Assembly (NCBI GenBank): GCA_036679645.1
Contig: JAZDCY010000068.1
Coordinates: 1-64,000 of the forward strand
Reading direction: 5' to 3'
Length of the DNA: 64,000 bases
DNA from: Gemmatimonadota bacterium
GTDB taxonomy: Bacteria; Gemmatimonadota; Gemmatimonadetes; Gemmatimonadales; GWC2-71-9
A model generated the notes under the pieces. The model was not told the DNA's origin and searched no databases. It worked only from the letters and a program-made list of their open reading frames with translations. Positions within the stretch are counted from its first letter, which is position 1. The number at the start of each line of letters is the position of its first letter. Shown here in pieces: positions 8,022-18,305 of this stretch. The position numbers and the translations under genes were made by a program.

Positions 8022-10640
8022 ATGCAGGATGTGCTGGACCGTCTCAAAGCTGCCTTAGCAGAGCGCTACCGCGTCGAGCGCGAGATCGGTGCGGGCGGTA
8101 TGGCGACCGTCTACTTGGCAGAAGACCTCAAGCACCATCGGCAGGTCGCGATCAAGGTACTGCGGCCCGAGCTGGCCGCCGTCATGGGCGCCGAGCGATT
8201 CCTTCGCGAGATCGAGATCGCCGCTCGCCTTCAGCATCCGCATATTCTGCCGCTCTATGACTCCGGCGACGCGGATGGGTTGTTGTACTACGTAATGCCC
8301 TTCGTCGAGGGCGAGTCGCTGCGACAGCGGTTGGATCGCGAGAAGCAGCTCCCTATTGATGACGCTCTGCAGATTGCGAGAGAAGTTGGCGATGCGCTGA
8401 GCTTCGCCCATTCGCACGCCGTCATCCATCGAGACATCAAGCCTGATAACATCATGCTGGCCGCGGGGCATGCGGTGGTGAGCGACTTCGGAATCGCCCG
8501 AGCCGTGACGGCGGCTGGTGGGGATCGACTCACCGAGACGGGCACCTCGATTGGCACGCCCGTCTACATGTCGCCAGAGCAGGCGGCTGGCTCGCAGGAT
8601 CTCGATGGGCGCAGTGACCTCTACAGTCTTGGGTGCGTGCTGCATGAGATGCTAGCTGGCGAGCCACCGTTTACCGGCGTAACCGTCGAGGCGGTCATTC
8701 AGCAACACCTGACTGCAGAGCCGCCGACGATCACGTCAATCCGACCCGCCGTGCCGGGGGACATCGTCAATGTGTTGGCGCGAGCGTTGGCGAAGACGCC
8801 TGCCGATCGGTTTAGCCCGGTTGGGCAATTCGTAGAGGCAATCGGACGCTCGGCTCAGTCTCCCGCCCCCGCCCGGACCGACACCCTTCCGACCCCCACG
8901 CGCCGCGTGGGGCGTTGGGCCGCGCTGGCTGGAGCGCTGGGGGCCGTCGCGATCACCGTCCTGCTACTGACCGCGCCGTGGCAGACCGGGGGAGAGGCGA
9001 CGGCCGACAAGTCGATCGCCGTGCTCCCGCTCGAGAACCTGAGCGGCGACCAGGAGAACGCGTTCTTTGCCGCGGGCGTCCACGAAGACATCCTCACGTA
9101 TCTCGCCAAGGTTCGAGACCTTCGCGTCATCTCCCGCTCGTCGGTGATGCAGTACGCCGACCGCCGAGTCAATGTGCGCGACGTGGCGCGCGAGTTGGGC
9201 GTGGCGTATGTGATGGAAGGGAGTGTCCGTCGGGCGGGGAACCAGGTACGGGTTACGGCGCAGCTGATCGACGCCCGCACCGACGAGCACCTTTGGGCCA
9301 ACAACTTTGACGGGCAGCTGGCCGACGTGTTCGCGATTCAGACCGCGATCGCGCAGGAGATCGTCCGCGCCCTCCGCGCCCGGCTGTCTCCCGAAGAGCA
9401 ACAGCGTCTGGCGGAGCGACCCACGGAGAGCATCGTAGCGTACGATCTCTTTCTCCGGGCGCGGGAGTTGGGACACCGGGCGGGGATATCGCTGAACAAC
9501 CAACTGGAGACCGAACGGCTGCTGGAGCAGGCGGTCGCGGTGGATCCCGGGTTCGCGTTGGCCTACGCCGAGCTGGGGGAGGCACGAGCGGCCACGTACT
9601 GGTTCTCGGCAGACCGCACGCCGGAACGGTTGGCCGCGGCCAAGGAGGCCATCGACCGCGCGTTTCAGCTGCAGCCGAATCTCCCCGAGGCGCACTTCGC
9701 GCTCGCGAGCTACTACTACCGCGGGTTCTATGACTATCCCCGCGCGTTTGAGCAGCTCGAGATCGCGCGCCAAGGATTCCCAGGGAGCACCAACATTCTT
9801 CACCTCATGGGCCTCACGCTGAGACGCCTGGGTCGGTGGAACGAGTCGGTGGACGCGTTCGAGGAGGCGACGCAGCTCGATCCCGCTAACCTTGGCAGCA
9901 AGGGGGAGTGGTTCTGGACGAGCATCTTGGCCCGCGATTGGGACCGCGCCCGCATCATCTCGGACCGGCTCGCCGACAAGTACCCGCGCAACGGAACCTT
10001 CGCGGCCTATCGCGCGATGATGCTGACCTGGGGATACGGCGATACCGCCGCGGCGCGTCTGGAGCTGGCTCAGGCGGACGAGTCGGATGAGTTCTACTAC
10101 GCATACGGGCGAATGGAGACCGCGCTCTTTGGTCGCCGGCCGGCCGAAGCTGTGAGCGCCATTCGCACGCACGCGCGTCATTTCGATCTGGTGGCGCCCG
10201 GTGCGGCGGACGTGTACGCGGCGCAGGCGTTGCTCGCGGGGTCCGATACCGCGGAAGCGCGCAGCGCGCTCGACAGAGCGCTGCGACGCCTGGAGGCTGA
10301 GCGGGCCAAGCCCTATGCATCAACGTATATGTGGCCTCACGTGATGGCGGGGGTAGCGTACGCGCTCGCCGGCAACCGGCCGCGAGCGCGGGAGGCCTGT
10401 GCCCGCGCACACCAGGTTCTCCCCGAATCGAAGGACAAAGTGCACGGCGTCGACAGGTCGACGTTCTGCGCACTCGTACTGGGACTCATCGGCGACACCG
10501 ATAGCGCGCTGTCGGAGATCGAGCGCCTGCTGCGGACGCCGAATGGTTTTACAACATGGCAGCTCGCCCTCGATCCGAGTTGGGACTTCCTGCGGAGCGA
10601 TCCGCGTTTCCAAGCGCTCCTCGTGCAACGCGAGAACTGA
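8022..10640 (+). CDS. Ser/Thr kinase with TM, TolB-N-like (SIAVLP) domain and TPR repeats
   Basis: Kinase motifs HRDIKPDN/DFG/MSPEQ, then SIAVLPLENLS, TPR units (DPGFALAYA) and terminal LRSDPRF. Confidence 0.95.
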   Translation: MQDVLDRLKAALAERYRVEREIGAGGMATVYLAEDLKHHRQVAIKVLRPELAAVMGAERFLREIEIAARLQHPHILPLYDSGDADGLLYYVMPFVEGESLRQRLDREKQLPIDDALQIAREVGDALSFAHSHAVIHRDIKPDNIMLAAGHAVVSDFGIARAVTAAGGDRLTETGTSIGTPVYMSPEQAAGSQDLDGRSDLYSLGCVLHEMLAGEPPFTGVTVEAVIQQHLTAEPPTITSIRPAVPGDIVNVLARALAKTPADRFSPVGQFVEAIGRSAQSPAPARTDTLPTPTRRVGRWAALAGALGAVAITVLLLTAPWQTGGEATADKSIAVLPLENLSGDQENAFFAAGVHEDILTYLAKVRDLRVISRSSVMQYADRRVNVRDVARELGVAYVMEGSVRRAGNQVRVTAQLIDARTDEHLWANNFDGQLADVFAIQTAIAQEIVRALRARLSPEEQQRLAERPTESIVAYDLFLRARELGHRAGISLNNQLETERLLEQAVAVDPGFALAYAELGEARAATYWFSADRTPERLAAAKEAIDRAFQLQPNLPEAHFALASYYYRGFYDYPRAFEQLEIARQGFPGSTNILHLMGLTLRRLGRWNESVDAFEEATQLDPANLGSKGEWFWTSILARDWDRARIISDRLADKYPRNGTFAAYRAMMLTWGYGDTAAARLELAQADESDEFYYAYGRMETALFGRRPAEAVSAIRTHARHFDLVAPGAADVYAAQALLAGSDTAEARSALDRALRRLEAERAKPYASTYMWPHVMAGVAYALAGNRPRAREACARAHQVLPESKDKVHGVDRSTFCALVLGLIGDTDSALSEIERLLRTPNGFTTWQLALDPSWDFLRSDPRFQALLVQREN

Positions 10641-10710
10641 CGCGCGCCCGTCGGCACGGCGCTAGGCGTTTCCGAAAAGTATTCTGCGCCTTTGAGCACG
10701 ACCGTACAGC

Positions 10711-10830
10711 ACTGAGGCGGCGCTGCGGTACTACTCGCGGTTCGGTACGATATACCGGACCGACCTGAACGGCCGCGTCGCGGTCTGGGGCAACTCCGAT
10801 GGCTCCTTCACGGTGGAAACGGAACGCTGA
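10711..10830 (+). pseudogene. C-terminal remnant of a ComEC/Rec2-type MBL-fold hydrolase
   Basis: TEAALRYYSRFGTIYRTDLNGRVAVWGNSDGSFTVETER* contains the 'YRTD.NG' motif. Its TGA overlaps the ATG of the DUF3006 gene, the usual neighbour of this family. Confidence 0.65.
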
Positions 10831-11123
10831 TGAACGACACAGACCCCGACCGGAGCATCTTCTACGCCGTAGATCGAATTGAAAGTACGGTTGCCGTACT
10901 CCAGGATGACGAGGGCCAGGAGACCGTCGTCCCCGCGAATCGCCTGCCGCGTGAACTAAAGGAGGGAGACATCCTTGCGGTTCCGGTTGACGGCGGCGGA
11001 ACTGTTGACTGGGGACTGGCACAGATCGATGTCGCGGAGACGGAGCGGCGGCGGCGTGCGGCCGCCGAGGTGCTAGAGCGGCTTCTGGGACGTGATGGGC
11101 CGGTTGATGCGGGAGGGGATTAG
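10830..11123 (+). CDS. DUF3006 family protein
   Basis: YAVDRIE..VAVL...LP..LKEGDIL...ID..ETERRR pattern. Confidence 0.85.
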   Translation: MNDTDPDRSIFYAVDRIESTVAVLQDDEGQETVVPANRLPRELKEGDILAVPVDGGGTVDWGLAQIDVAETERRRRAAAEVLERLLGRDGPVDAGGD

Positions 11124-11142
11124 CCTAGTTGGCCGAGCGCTT

Positions 11143-11688
11143 TCAGAGTTGCTCGAACAGTTCCGAGACCGCAATCGCGCCCGACACGCCGACACTGAGT
11201 TCCCACTGCAATTCCCCATCCACGATCTGCGGACGTTCGTCACCTTGCCGCCAGCGCTCGATGAGCCTCGCATCGATATCGACGATCCAGTACTCCTCGA
11301 CACCAGCCTCGAGATAGAGCCGACGTTTCGCGCCCCGATCGCGCGCGGCGGTGGCGGGAGAAAGGATCTCGGCTACAAGGCGTGGGGCAGGCGTATCCGC
11401 CCACCGGTCTTGCGCAGGCCCGGCGGGTTTTGCAACGACGAAGAGATCGGGTTGCACGAGTGTGCTGTGGCTCAACCGTATGTCCGCCGGGCTGAACAAG
11501 ACCTCTACGGGCGCGTCGGTGCTGACCTCCCTGCGCAACTGGCCAAAGAGATTCGCCAGAACGCGCTGGTGCGCCCGGGCCGGCGCTGGGGTCACGAAAT
11601 GCGCTCCGTCCAACAACTCGTGCCGCATGCCGTCGTCCGGAATGGCGAGCAATTCCTCGATCGTCGAGACAGACCGTTGCGCGGGCAT
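11143..11688 (-). CDS. Uma2 family (PD-(D/E)XK) endonuclease
   Basis: ELLDG, P...HQ, VQPDLFV, LVAEILSPAT...DR..K..LY...GV.EYWIVD. Confidence 0.92.
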   Translation of the reverse strand: MPAQRSVSTIEELLAIPDDGMRHELLDGAHFVTPAPARAHQRVLANLFGQLRREVSTDAPVEVLFSPADIRLSHSTLVQPDLFVVAKPAGPAQDRWADTPAPRLVAEILSPATAARDRGAKRRLYLEAGVEEYWIVDIDARLIERWRQGDERPQIVDGELQWELSVGVSGAIAVSELFEQL

Positions 11689-11815
11689 ACCCATAAACTG
11701 AGCCTCCTCGGCCGGGTGGGGCAATGCATGGCTCACGATGGGCCTTGCGGACGAGGCGTGCGTAGGCCGAATCGTGCGGACGATGGGCAGAGCGATGCGC
11801 CTCCGAAAGACGTCG

Positions 11816-12121
11816 CTAGCGCGTGAGATAGATGACGAGCCCAGCTAGGGGTGCGAGGGTTCCAACCCAGAAGCCGAACATCCAGCGGAGGAGGGAGGAC
11901 TTCGTTTCCGCGAGATCCCGCTGAGACTCCAACCGAAGTTCCGTTATCCGCTGCCCCAGTCCGCCCCGCAGCTCCCCAATTTGTTGCAGCAACTCGGCTC
12001 GGAGCTCCCCTAGCCGCCGCTCCAGCTTGTCATCGAAACGCTGGAAGTTGCGCTCGTTCAGCTCATACAGATCTGCCTTGTAAGTCGAATCCACGGCGTT
12101 GAACCACTCCACCAGTTCGTT
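11816..12121 (-). pseudogene. DUF1640/CCDC90-like coiled-coil membrane protein lacking its 5'UTR and first ~20 codons
   Basis: NELVEWFNAVDSTYKADL..LNE.NFQRF...LLRWMFGFW. The paralog at 15568-15914 retains the N-terminus, whereas here the promoter abuts the NELV codons. Confidence 0.7.
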
Positions 12122-12123
12122 GA

Positions 12124-12184
12124 TACAACATATGCTCGGCTGGCCGAGTACCGAAAGAGCGCCTCGAGGGGCTTGATGCTGCGC
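12124..12184 (-). repeat. Promoter repeat copy 1 (paired with 15942-16001): TTCGGT-N17-TATGTT with a palindromic spacer
   Basis: TACAACATATGCTCGGCTGGCCGAGTACCGAAAGAGCGCC versus TACAACATACGCTCGGCGGGCCGAGTACCGAAAGAGCGCC. Confidence 0.8.
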
Positions 12185-12204
12185 GTTATTTTGTGCGGTG
12201 AGCG

Positions 12205-14880
12205 CTAGCGTGCCCCCTGTGCCGCCATGCGTCGCGCGATCTCCGTGGACCAGTTGAGCACCACCACGGCGTCACCCGTTTCGTCCTGGCCTGCCGACCG
12301 GAGCACCACGAACGTCTGGCCGTCACGGGACACGTCATACTCCGGTGACGAGCGGTTGTAGGCATACGGCTCGAAATCAAAAAGCGCGGTGCGCTCGACG
12401 CCGACGGTCGTCCCGAACGTGAGCACCGCCGACATCAGCGTCCGCGTCGCATGGTCGAGGTAGATGACCTCGCGGTTGGAGGCCCAAAGCGGCGTGCTGC
12501 CCGCACCCGGTGAGATGAGCCACCGTCCGCCGGGTTCGAGGAAGGGGCGGACAAAGACCTGCCACTGACCGGACTCGTCCGACCCGTACGCAATCCACTT
12601 GCCGTCCGGCGACACGGCGCCGGTCTCCTCTTCCGCCGGCGTCGCCACCACGGGGCGCAAGGTACGCTCCGCACCGGTCGCAGCAGCGTAGATGTTCTCG
12701 TCCGTCGCGCTCGTATCGGCATCACTCCCATCCGTGACGATCCACGCGCCGTCCCGCGTCCAGAACGTCGTGCCGACAGCAACCCCGTGCTCGACTTCGA
12801 GGACACGCTCGACGGGCCCGGAGCCGTCGGCGGGTGTCCAGAAGAGATCGCTACCCCACTGCCCGATGCCCCTGAACGCGATGCGACTGCCGTCGGGCGA
12901 CCAGGTCGGCCGGTCGGTGGACCCCTCGAAGGTGAGTTGGGAGAGCGTCTGCGACGCGATGGTGTAGACCGCGATGCGGGAGCCTCCATCGGTCGCGATC
13001 GTGAGCGCCAGCCGCTCGCCGTCGGGCGAAAACCGCGGATGGTTATACTGCCTGGGACGATCGACGAGCGGGCGCTCGCGGCCCGCCCGGTCCACCAGAA
13101 GCACCCGGCGACCCCCTCCTCCCGACCCAGCCAGAAAGACCATGGCACCAGACCGAGACACGGCGAGTCGGGCACTGAATGCTCGGCCGCTGCCGACGCC
13201 GTCGAGCAGCGGTACCGGCTGGCCCGTGATCTCTCGCGTCGCAGGATCGAACGGGACGGCGTAGATGGCCCCTTCTTCGGTGCCGTACACGAGATACCCC
13301 GGCTCCACGTACCACCCCCGCCCGGCGCCCGGCACCAGGACCGTGGACGAACTCGTTGCGATGTCCCACACCGCCAGGTCGTGTTGGGCGCAGGACGTGG
13401 TACAGCGCAGGTAGAGCACGGCCTTCCCACCCGGCAGCACCACGGGCCAGAAACTCGCGGCGCTGTCGCCCCCCGTCAGCACCTCCGGTGTCCCGCCCGC
13501 GCCGCTCACCCGCGCGAGGTTCAAGCCGGCCGCGGCATACACGATGGCGCCATCGTCGCCCCACGACGCGCTGGCGAGGTTGTTCTGCACGTCGTCCGCC
13601 AAGGTGATCGCCGGACCACCGGTGACCGGCACCTTCTTGAGTTTCTCGTCTTCCGACGTGTGGAAGCCGACCCAGAGCCCGTCCGGCGAGAAGAAGGGTG
13701 CTATGGCGTCTGCGGTACCTTCGAGCGGCACGCCGGCGACCTGGTCTAGCGCGCGCACGTATAGTTGATCCCGGACGGCCCCCGAATCGCGGCCGACGTA
13801 GACGATGCGCTGGTTGTCGGGCGAGATGGCGAACGGTGCGTCCTCGACCGTACTGACCACGAGACGGTGCCCGGACGGCATCGTGAGCGCGAACCGGACG
13901 ACGTCGGGTGGCGGTGTCTCGTCACCCGCCACGAGCATGCCCACAAGCGCACCGAGCACGAGGATGCCCACGGCGGCCGCGGCGTAGACCCACGGCCGCC
14001 GGCGGGCGGACTGGACGGCGGCGGGCTGCGCGGCTCCGGCGGTGGTGAACGTGGGATCGGCGAGGGCTGCGGCGAACTGCGCCGCCGACACGAACCGATC
14101 TGCCGGAAGTTTTTCCAGCGCCTTGGCCGTGGTCGCCGCCACGTGTGGCGGAACCGACTTTCTGATTTCGGTGACCGGACGTGCCGTGTCGGTCACGATC
14201 TTCATGATGACTTGCTGCGCCGAGGAGCCGACGTGCGGCGGGCTGCCGGTCAGCATCTCGTACAGCACGCTGCCGAGTGAGTAGACGTCCGACCGTGCCG
14301 TCAGGTCTTTTTCCGCCGTCGCCTGTTCGGGCGACATGTAATGCGGGGTCCCGAGACTCAACCCCGTTTCCGTCATGCGCCCACCGGCCGCTGCGCTCAC
14401 CGCCAACGCAATGCCGAAGTCGGCGACGATCGGCCGCCCGTCCTGCATCAGTATGTTCTCGGGCTTGATGTCGCGGTGGATGATGTTCTGCCGATGGGCG
14501 TAGTCGAGGGCATCGGCCGTGTCGCGCGCGATCGCCACCGCCTCGTCGACGTCGAGCTGGGTCTCGCGGTTCAGCTTGTCGCGCAGCGTCTCGCCGTCGA
14601 TGAACGGCATGACGTAATAAAGGAAGGAATCGGCCTCGCCCGAATCGAACAGCGGCAGGATATGCGGGTGCTGGAGATTGGCGGTGGTCTTGATCTCCTG
14701 CACGAACCGTTCGGCGCCGAGCACGGCGGCCAGCTCCGGCCGCAGCACTTTGAGGGCGACCTTGCGGTCGTGCTTCAGGTCTGACGCGAGATAGACGGTG
14801 GCCATACCGCCTTCACCGAGGTGGCGCTCGATGCGATAACGGTCGGCCAGCGCGCTCGAGAGCCGGGTGGTGTCGGACAT
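12205..14880 (-). CDS. Ser/Thr kinase with TM and TolB/PD40 beta-propeller (paralog of 3260-5878)
   Basis: Kinase domain is nearly identical to that of 3260-5878. C-terminal SPDG repeats. Confidence 0.95.
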   Translation of the reverse strand: MSDTTRLSSALADRYRIERHLGEGGMATVYLASDLKHDRKVALKVLRPELAAVLGAERFVQEIKTTANLQHPHILPLFDSGEADSFLYYVMPFIDGETLRDKLNRETQLDVDEAVAIARDTADALDYAHRQNIIHRDIKPENILMQDGRPIVADFGIALAVSAAAGGRMTETGLSLGTPHYMSPEQATAEKDLTARSDVYSLGSVLYEMLTGSPPHVGSSAQQVIMKIVTDTARPVTEIRKSVPPHVAATTAKALEKLPADRFVSAAQFAAALADPTFTTAGAAQPAAVQSARRRPWVYAAAAVGILVLGALVGMLVAGDETPPPDVVRFALTMPSGHRLVVSTVEDAPFAISPDNQRIVYVGRDSGAVRDQLYVRALDQVAGVPLEGTADAIAPFFSPDGLWVGFHTSEDEKLKKVPVTGGPAITLADDVQNNLASASWGDDGAIVYAAAGLNLARVSGAGGTPEVLTGGDSAASFWPVVLPGGKAVLYLRCTTSCAQHDLAVWDIATSSSTVLVPGAGRGWYVEPGYLVYGTEEGAIYAVPFDPATREITGQPVPLLDGVGSGRAFSARLAVSRSGAMVFLAGSGGGGRRVLLVDRAGRERPLVDRPRQYNHPRFSPDGERLALTIATDGGSRIAVYTIASQTLSQLTFEGSTDRPTWSPDGSRIAFRGIGQWGSDLFWTPADGSGPVERVLEVEHGVAVGTTFWTRDGAWIVTDGSDADTSATDENIYAAATGAERTLRPVVATPAEEETGAVSPDGKWIAYGSDESGQWQVFVRPFLEPGGRWLISPGAGSTPLWASNREVIYLDHATRTLMSAVLTFGTTVGVERTALFDFEPYAYNRSSPEYDVSRDGQTFVVLRSAGQDETGDAVVVLNWSTEIARRMAAQGAR

Positions 14881-14923
14881 TGTCGGGGAAGATAGGTCCG
14901 GCGGAGCTAGAGGGCGAGTGTCC

Positions 14924-15253
14924 TCACCCCCTACCCTTCAACCGCACCACTACCGATCCCCCGCTCCGTTCCGTCGTCCACTCGTCGATGTGATGAGCGC
15001 ACGCACCGTTCAAGAGATCGCGCACCATCGGTGGGAGGACGGCCCCCGCGGCCGAACGCTTGCCCTTGCCGGTGATGATGCGCACCACTGCGCCGGGGCG
15101 TTGCCTCCCCCAGCGATCGAGAAACCACTCCACCTTCTGCCGCGCGGCATAGGCGGTCTCTCCGTGAAGATCGAGTTCGGCCACGGCCATGGCACCGTGC
15201 AGCGTGTTGATGGGTTCGGACGGCTCCGGCTCAGTGAACCGCCGCCTACCCAT
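14924..15253 (-). CDS. Smr/MutS2 domain protein
   Basis: ELDLHG...A......FL; VRIITGKG..S...VL...V..LL; GGSVVVRL. Confidence 0.9.
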   Translation of the reverse strand: MGRRRFTEPEPSEPINTLHGAMAVAELDLHGETAYAARQKVEWFLDRWGRQRPGAVVRIITGKGKRSAAGAVLPPMVRDLLNGACAHHIDEWTTERSGGSVVVRLKGRG

Positions 15254-15284
15254 GTTGTGGCCTCGTCCGACAACGACTCCATAG

Positions 15285-15341
15285 CCCCGACGTGACGTGC
15301 GCCTTGAGCCACCCGTTCGCGGCCCAGGTTTCGAGACTCAT
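15285..15341 (-). pseudogene. N-terminal remnant of the HEPN-type partner of an MNT nucleotidyltransferase
   Basis: MSLETWAANGWLKAHVTS. ATGA overlap with the upstream MNT stop. Confidence 0.5.
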
Positions 15342-15565
15342 GGTACGTCGGGCATCTCGCCGATCACAGGAACTCGCGGCCTCTCGAAAACGCGCGTTAG
15401 TAAATGATCGCGTTTCCGCACTCGTCGCCGAAATTCCGCGCGCGGCCACACAACGGGGTTGATCTCGCGTCCAAGAACGTCCCGCGCCTTCGCCAAACGC
15501 TTCACCGCGTCACGCAAGCCAATCTCACCGACCAGCAGCAGATCAACGTCGACGCGGTCGGCGCT
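15338..15565 (-). pseudogene. C-terminal fragment of an MNT/nucleotidyltransferase antitoxin
   Basis: DVDLLLVGEI...LGREINPVVW...EF....R..DHLL.RV....VIG. The N-terminal part is missing. Confidence 0.7.
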
Positions 15566-15567
15566 CG

Positions 15568-15914
15568 CTAAAGCTTCGTGAGGACAAACGTGAACCCCAG
15601 AATGGTCAGGGTGGATCCGGACCAGAGGATGACCATCCACTTGATGAGGTCGGCTTTGGTGTCTGCTAGATCTTTCTGAAATGACCGGCTCAACTCTGCC
15701 CGGAGCTCACCGAGCTTCGCCTCGAATCGTTGGAAATTCGACTCGTTCAACTCACGCAGATCTGCCTTGTAGGTTGCATCCACGGCGTTAAACCAGTCCA
15801 CGAGTTCGTTCACCTGCGGCGCTGAAGCGCCTCGGTGCGCTAGCGCGTGGCGATCTCGTCACCGAACTTCTCGTAGAACCTGCGGGACAGCTTGGCGGTG
15901 ACGGGCACGGGCAA
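15568..15914 (-). pseudogene. DUF1640-like protein interrupted by a ~38-bp hairpin insert (15811-15848) carrying a TAG
   Basis: AGGAG SD, then (L)PVPVTAKLSRRFYEKFGDEIA|TR*...|NELVDWFNAVDATYKADLRELNE...LIKWM. Confidence 0.75.
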
Positions 15915-15941
15915 CGACTCCTGAGTTGGTCCGCACCATAC

Positions 15942-16001
15942 TACAACATACGCTCGGCGGGCCGAGTACCGAAAGAGCGCCTTGGGGGGTTGGATCTGCG
16001 C
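15942..16001 (-). repeat. Promoter repeat copy 2 (paired with 12124-12184)
   Basis: -35 TTCGGT (15973-15968), 17-nt spacer containing CTCGGC/GCCGAG, -10 TATGTT (15950-15945). Confidence 0.8.
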
Positions 16002-16169
16002 CGCGGTGTGTGGCGGTTTTTCACGGCTAGAGCCGCGACTAGCGCTGGCATGTCAGTACGTCGAGACGTGGTTCTGTGTCGAGCGGGATTCGTGAAGCGC
16101 GCCGCCTTCTTGGCGCGTCTATCCCCATACGAACCTCATCAGACATGCCTATGAACATACCGACTTGTC

Positions 16170-18035
16170 TCAGCCAAGCTCCGCCACGGCCCGAAGTGCC
16201 TCTTCTATGGCTGCGTGAGTATAGGCAGACGCAGCCGCATCGGAATTTGCGATGGTGATGTTTCCGATGGCCTGCCGCGCGATCTCATGCGGCGCCCTCC
16301 CCGGCTCCCATTCGGGGTCCCACAGATCGAGATAATCGTAGGCGTATCCGTGCGGCCAGCGGTTGACGGTGATGGCCAGGATATCCTCGGCCACATCAAA
16401 ACCAGCAATACCAAGCATGCGGTCGAGCACCGTACGGACTTCGCGCTCGAAGTCCTCGAAGGTCAGGCCCAGCATGATTCCCCTGGCCGCCCGAAGTTGA
16501 TCGTGGATGGGAACGTTACGGCGCGGGGGAGCGATCGTACCCCAGAACATGAGCGGCACCGGACCCGTGTCACCGTTGCGGGGGCGGTACCCCGCCGTGT
16601 GTACCCCGTCGATCAACCAGACCTTGGCATGCATGCGCCCAGGGCAGTACACACCCGAGATGCCAAGTCGGTCGAGCGCTGCTCGGCTTCGCACCAGGAC
16701 ATTGGTCAACAGCATGGGACACTTGACCTGGTATCGTTGCGCTTCTTGCTGTGCCTCGGGCACTTCCGGACACAAGTGAGGAATGATCGCATGATAGCAG
16801 GCCAACACGGAGTGACGGGCGCGTACACGGACGACCGATCCGCCCCGTACGTACGTCACCGCGACCTCACCGTTGGTATTGACGACATGGACCGCCGTGG
16901 ATTCGAGACGCAGGCGAACAGCAGACCCGGGGCGATCGAGTTGTGCATAGTGGAACCGCGCGGCGGCGACGTTCTGCGAGTTGGCCGTCGGGGCGACCGC
17001 GGGAATGAGCGAGCGCACCAGCAGCCGAGCAATGGACGCGTTGCCGTCCGGGAACATGGCCACGGTTTCGGATTCCTCCGAGCCCGCCACGGAATCGGCG
17101 GCGTCTCCCAGAAGATGCGATCCGGGTAACCATGACTGCATGGCCTCGGCAGCCGAAAGGCTGTGGGTCTGCACGCCCCAGTAGCCGTCCATTGCCTTGA
17201 TGAACAACTCGACGACGTCACTGGGCAGGCCGGCATATCGGGACAGGAACTCCGTGTAACTCGTCCCATGCAATACGCCGTCAATTCCCGACTCGTCCAT
17301 CCCCTCCAGCACGTTCGCGTCGGTGGTATAGAATCGTTTCAGCGCGGCGCGTCCCGATTCGCTGATGGGAAACTGATCGATGCTGTCTAGCGCATCCAGG
17401 TTCCTGCCGTACATGGAGAATTCGGGCACCAGGACGTCGCGTCCGTACGTCTCGGCGTCGAACCAGATGGCCGGCTTGTCGGCGCCGTATTGGAACTCCA
17501 GCTCTCTGTTCAGCTGATGGACGTCGATACCCAGCTCTTCCAGAAACTCGAGGACGGTGTCACTGAACGAGAGGTACTCGAGATTCATCGTCCCGCCCCA
17601 CGACAGTCGCATGACACCGTCGTGATGAAACTCGTTGCGCTTGGCGTGGCCACCAAAGTCATCGTGATTGTCGAGGATGAGGATGCGTGAGTCCGACCCA
17701 AACCTCTTGCGATACTGATACGCCGCCGTCAGGCCGCTGATACCGGCCCCGACGACCACGAGGTCGTAGTGCTCGTCGAGGTCAACGGGATTGTCGAATC
17801 GGACACCTTCGCGAGCGAGGGCGTGCGCGGTTTCGAACGAACCCGGATGTGAGCCCCGCATTCCAGTCCTGGTGGGCGGGTAGTCTGCGCCCGGGGGTAT
17901 CACGGTGTTGCCCGCGGTCTCGCTCCGACACCCGGTGGTCGCCATGAGGCCCAACGCGGCGAGGCTGGTGTCATGGATGAAATCGCGACGGCTGATCTGT
18001 CGCTGCATGCCGAGTTCGCGATCCGATTTTCTCAA
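16170..18035 (-). CDS. Tat-exported FAD oxidoreductase, spermidine dehydrogenase (SpdH)-like
   Basis: Tat motif SRRDFI, GMRGSHPGSFE, VVVGAGISG, LDNHDDFGGHAKRNEF, FPDGNAS, ITVNRWPHGYAY. GAGGAG SD before the TTG. Confidence 0.85.
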   Translation of the reverse strand: MRKSDRELGMQRQISRRDFIHDTSLAALGLMATTGCRSETAGNTVIPPGADYPPTRTGMRGSHPGSFETAHALAREGVRFDNPVDLDEHYDLVVVGAGISGLTAAYQYRKRFGSDSRILILDNHDDFGGHAKRNEFHHDGVMRLSWGGTMNLEYLSFSDTVLEFLEELGIDVHQLNRELEFQYGADKPAIWFDAETYGRDVLVPEFSMYGRNLDALDSIDQFPISESGRAALKRFYTTDANVLEGMDESGIDGVLHGTSYTEFLSRYAGLPSDVVELFIKAMDGYWGVQTHSLSAAEAMQSWLPGSHLLGDAADSVAGSEESETVAMFPDGNASIARLLVRSLIPAVAPTANSQNVAAARFHYAQLDRPGSAVRLRLESTAVHVVNTNGEVAVTYVRGGSVVRVRARHSVLACYHAIIPHLCPEVPEAQQEAQRYQVKCPMLLTNVLVRSRAALDRLGISGVYCPGRMHAKVWLIDGVHTAGYRPRNGDTGPVPLMFWGTIAPPRRNVPIHDQLRAARGIMLGLTFEDFEREVRTVLDRMLGIAGFDVAEDILAITVNRWPHGYAYDYLDLWDPEWEPGRAPHEIARQAIGNITIANSDAAASAYTHAAIEEALRAVAELG

Positions 18036-18084
18036 CTCGACTCCTCGTCAGGTACTCAGCTCTTCAAGCGATCGACGCCGGCAT

Positions 18085-18305
18085 CGTGCCCCGACGAGGC
18101 GCAGCGGGCCACGCCGCCCGGCGTCACCCGCCTCACGACTTTACGAGGCTGCTGCGCTCGTGAAGATGCAGCCCGCAAGCGAAGCGCGCGAGCCGGCGGA
18201 AACCGTTTTCCCGACTGCTTCGGAGGCCGAGTCGTTCCTCGTCACTTCATTCATCATGGAGGTTCCGCAGCGGGCCCGCAGGGCGAAGCAAGGGGAGCGG
18301 GCCTA
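18085..18305. repeat. Cluster of GC hairpins with GCGAAGC-type mini-loops (REP-like)
   Basis: GCAAGCGAAGCGCGC, CCGACT..GCTTCGG..AGTCG, GCCCGC...GCGAAGC...GCGGGC. Confidence 0.35.

Noticed and set aside
15840..15842. Pyrrolysine/amber read-through in the DUF1640-like gene
   Set aside because: The TAG lies within a 38-bp insert that also shifts the frame, so read-through would not restore the protein.
16090..16160. Hammerhead ribozyme (CTGATGAG on the minus strand) or a BrnT remnant (MRFVW...)
   Set aside because: No correctly placed GAAA core or stems. The BrnT resemblance is only ~5 residues before a stop.
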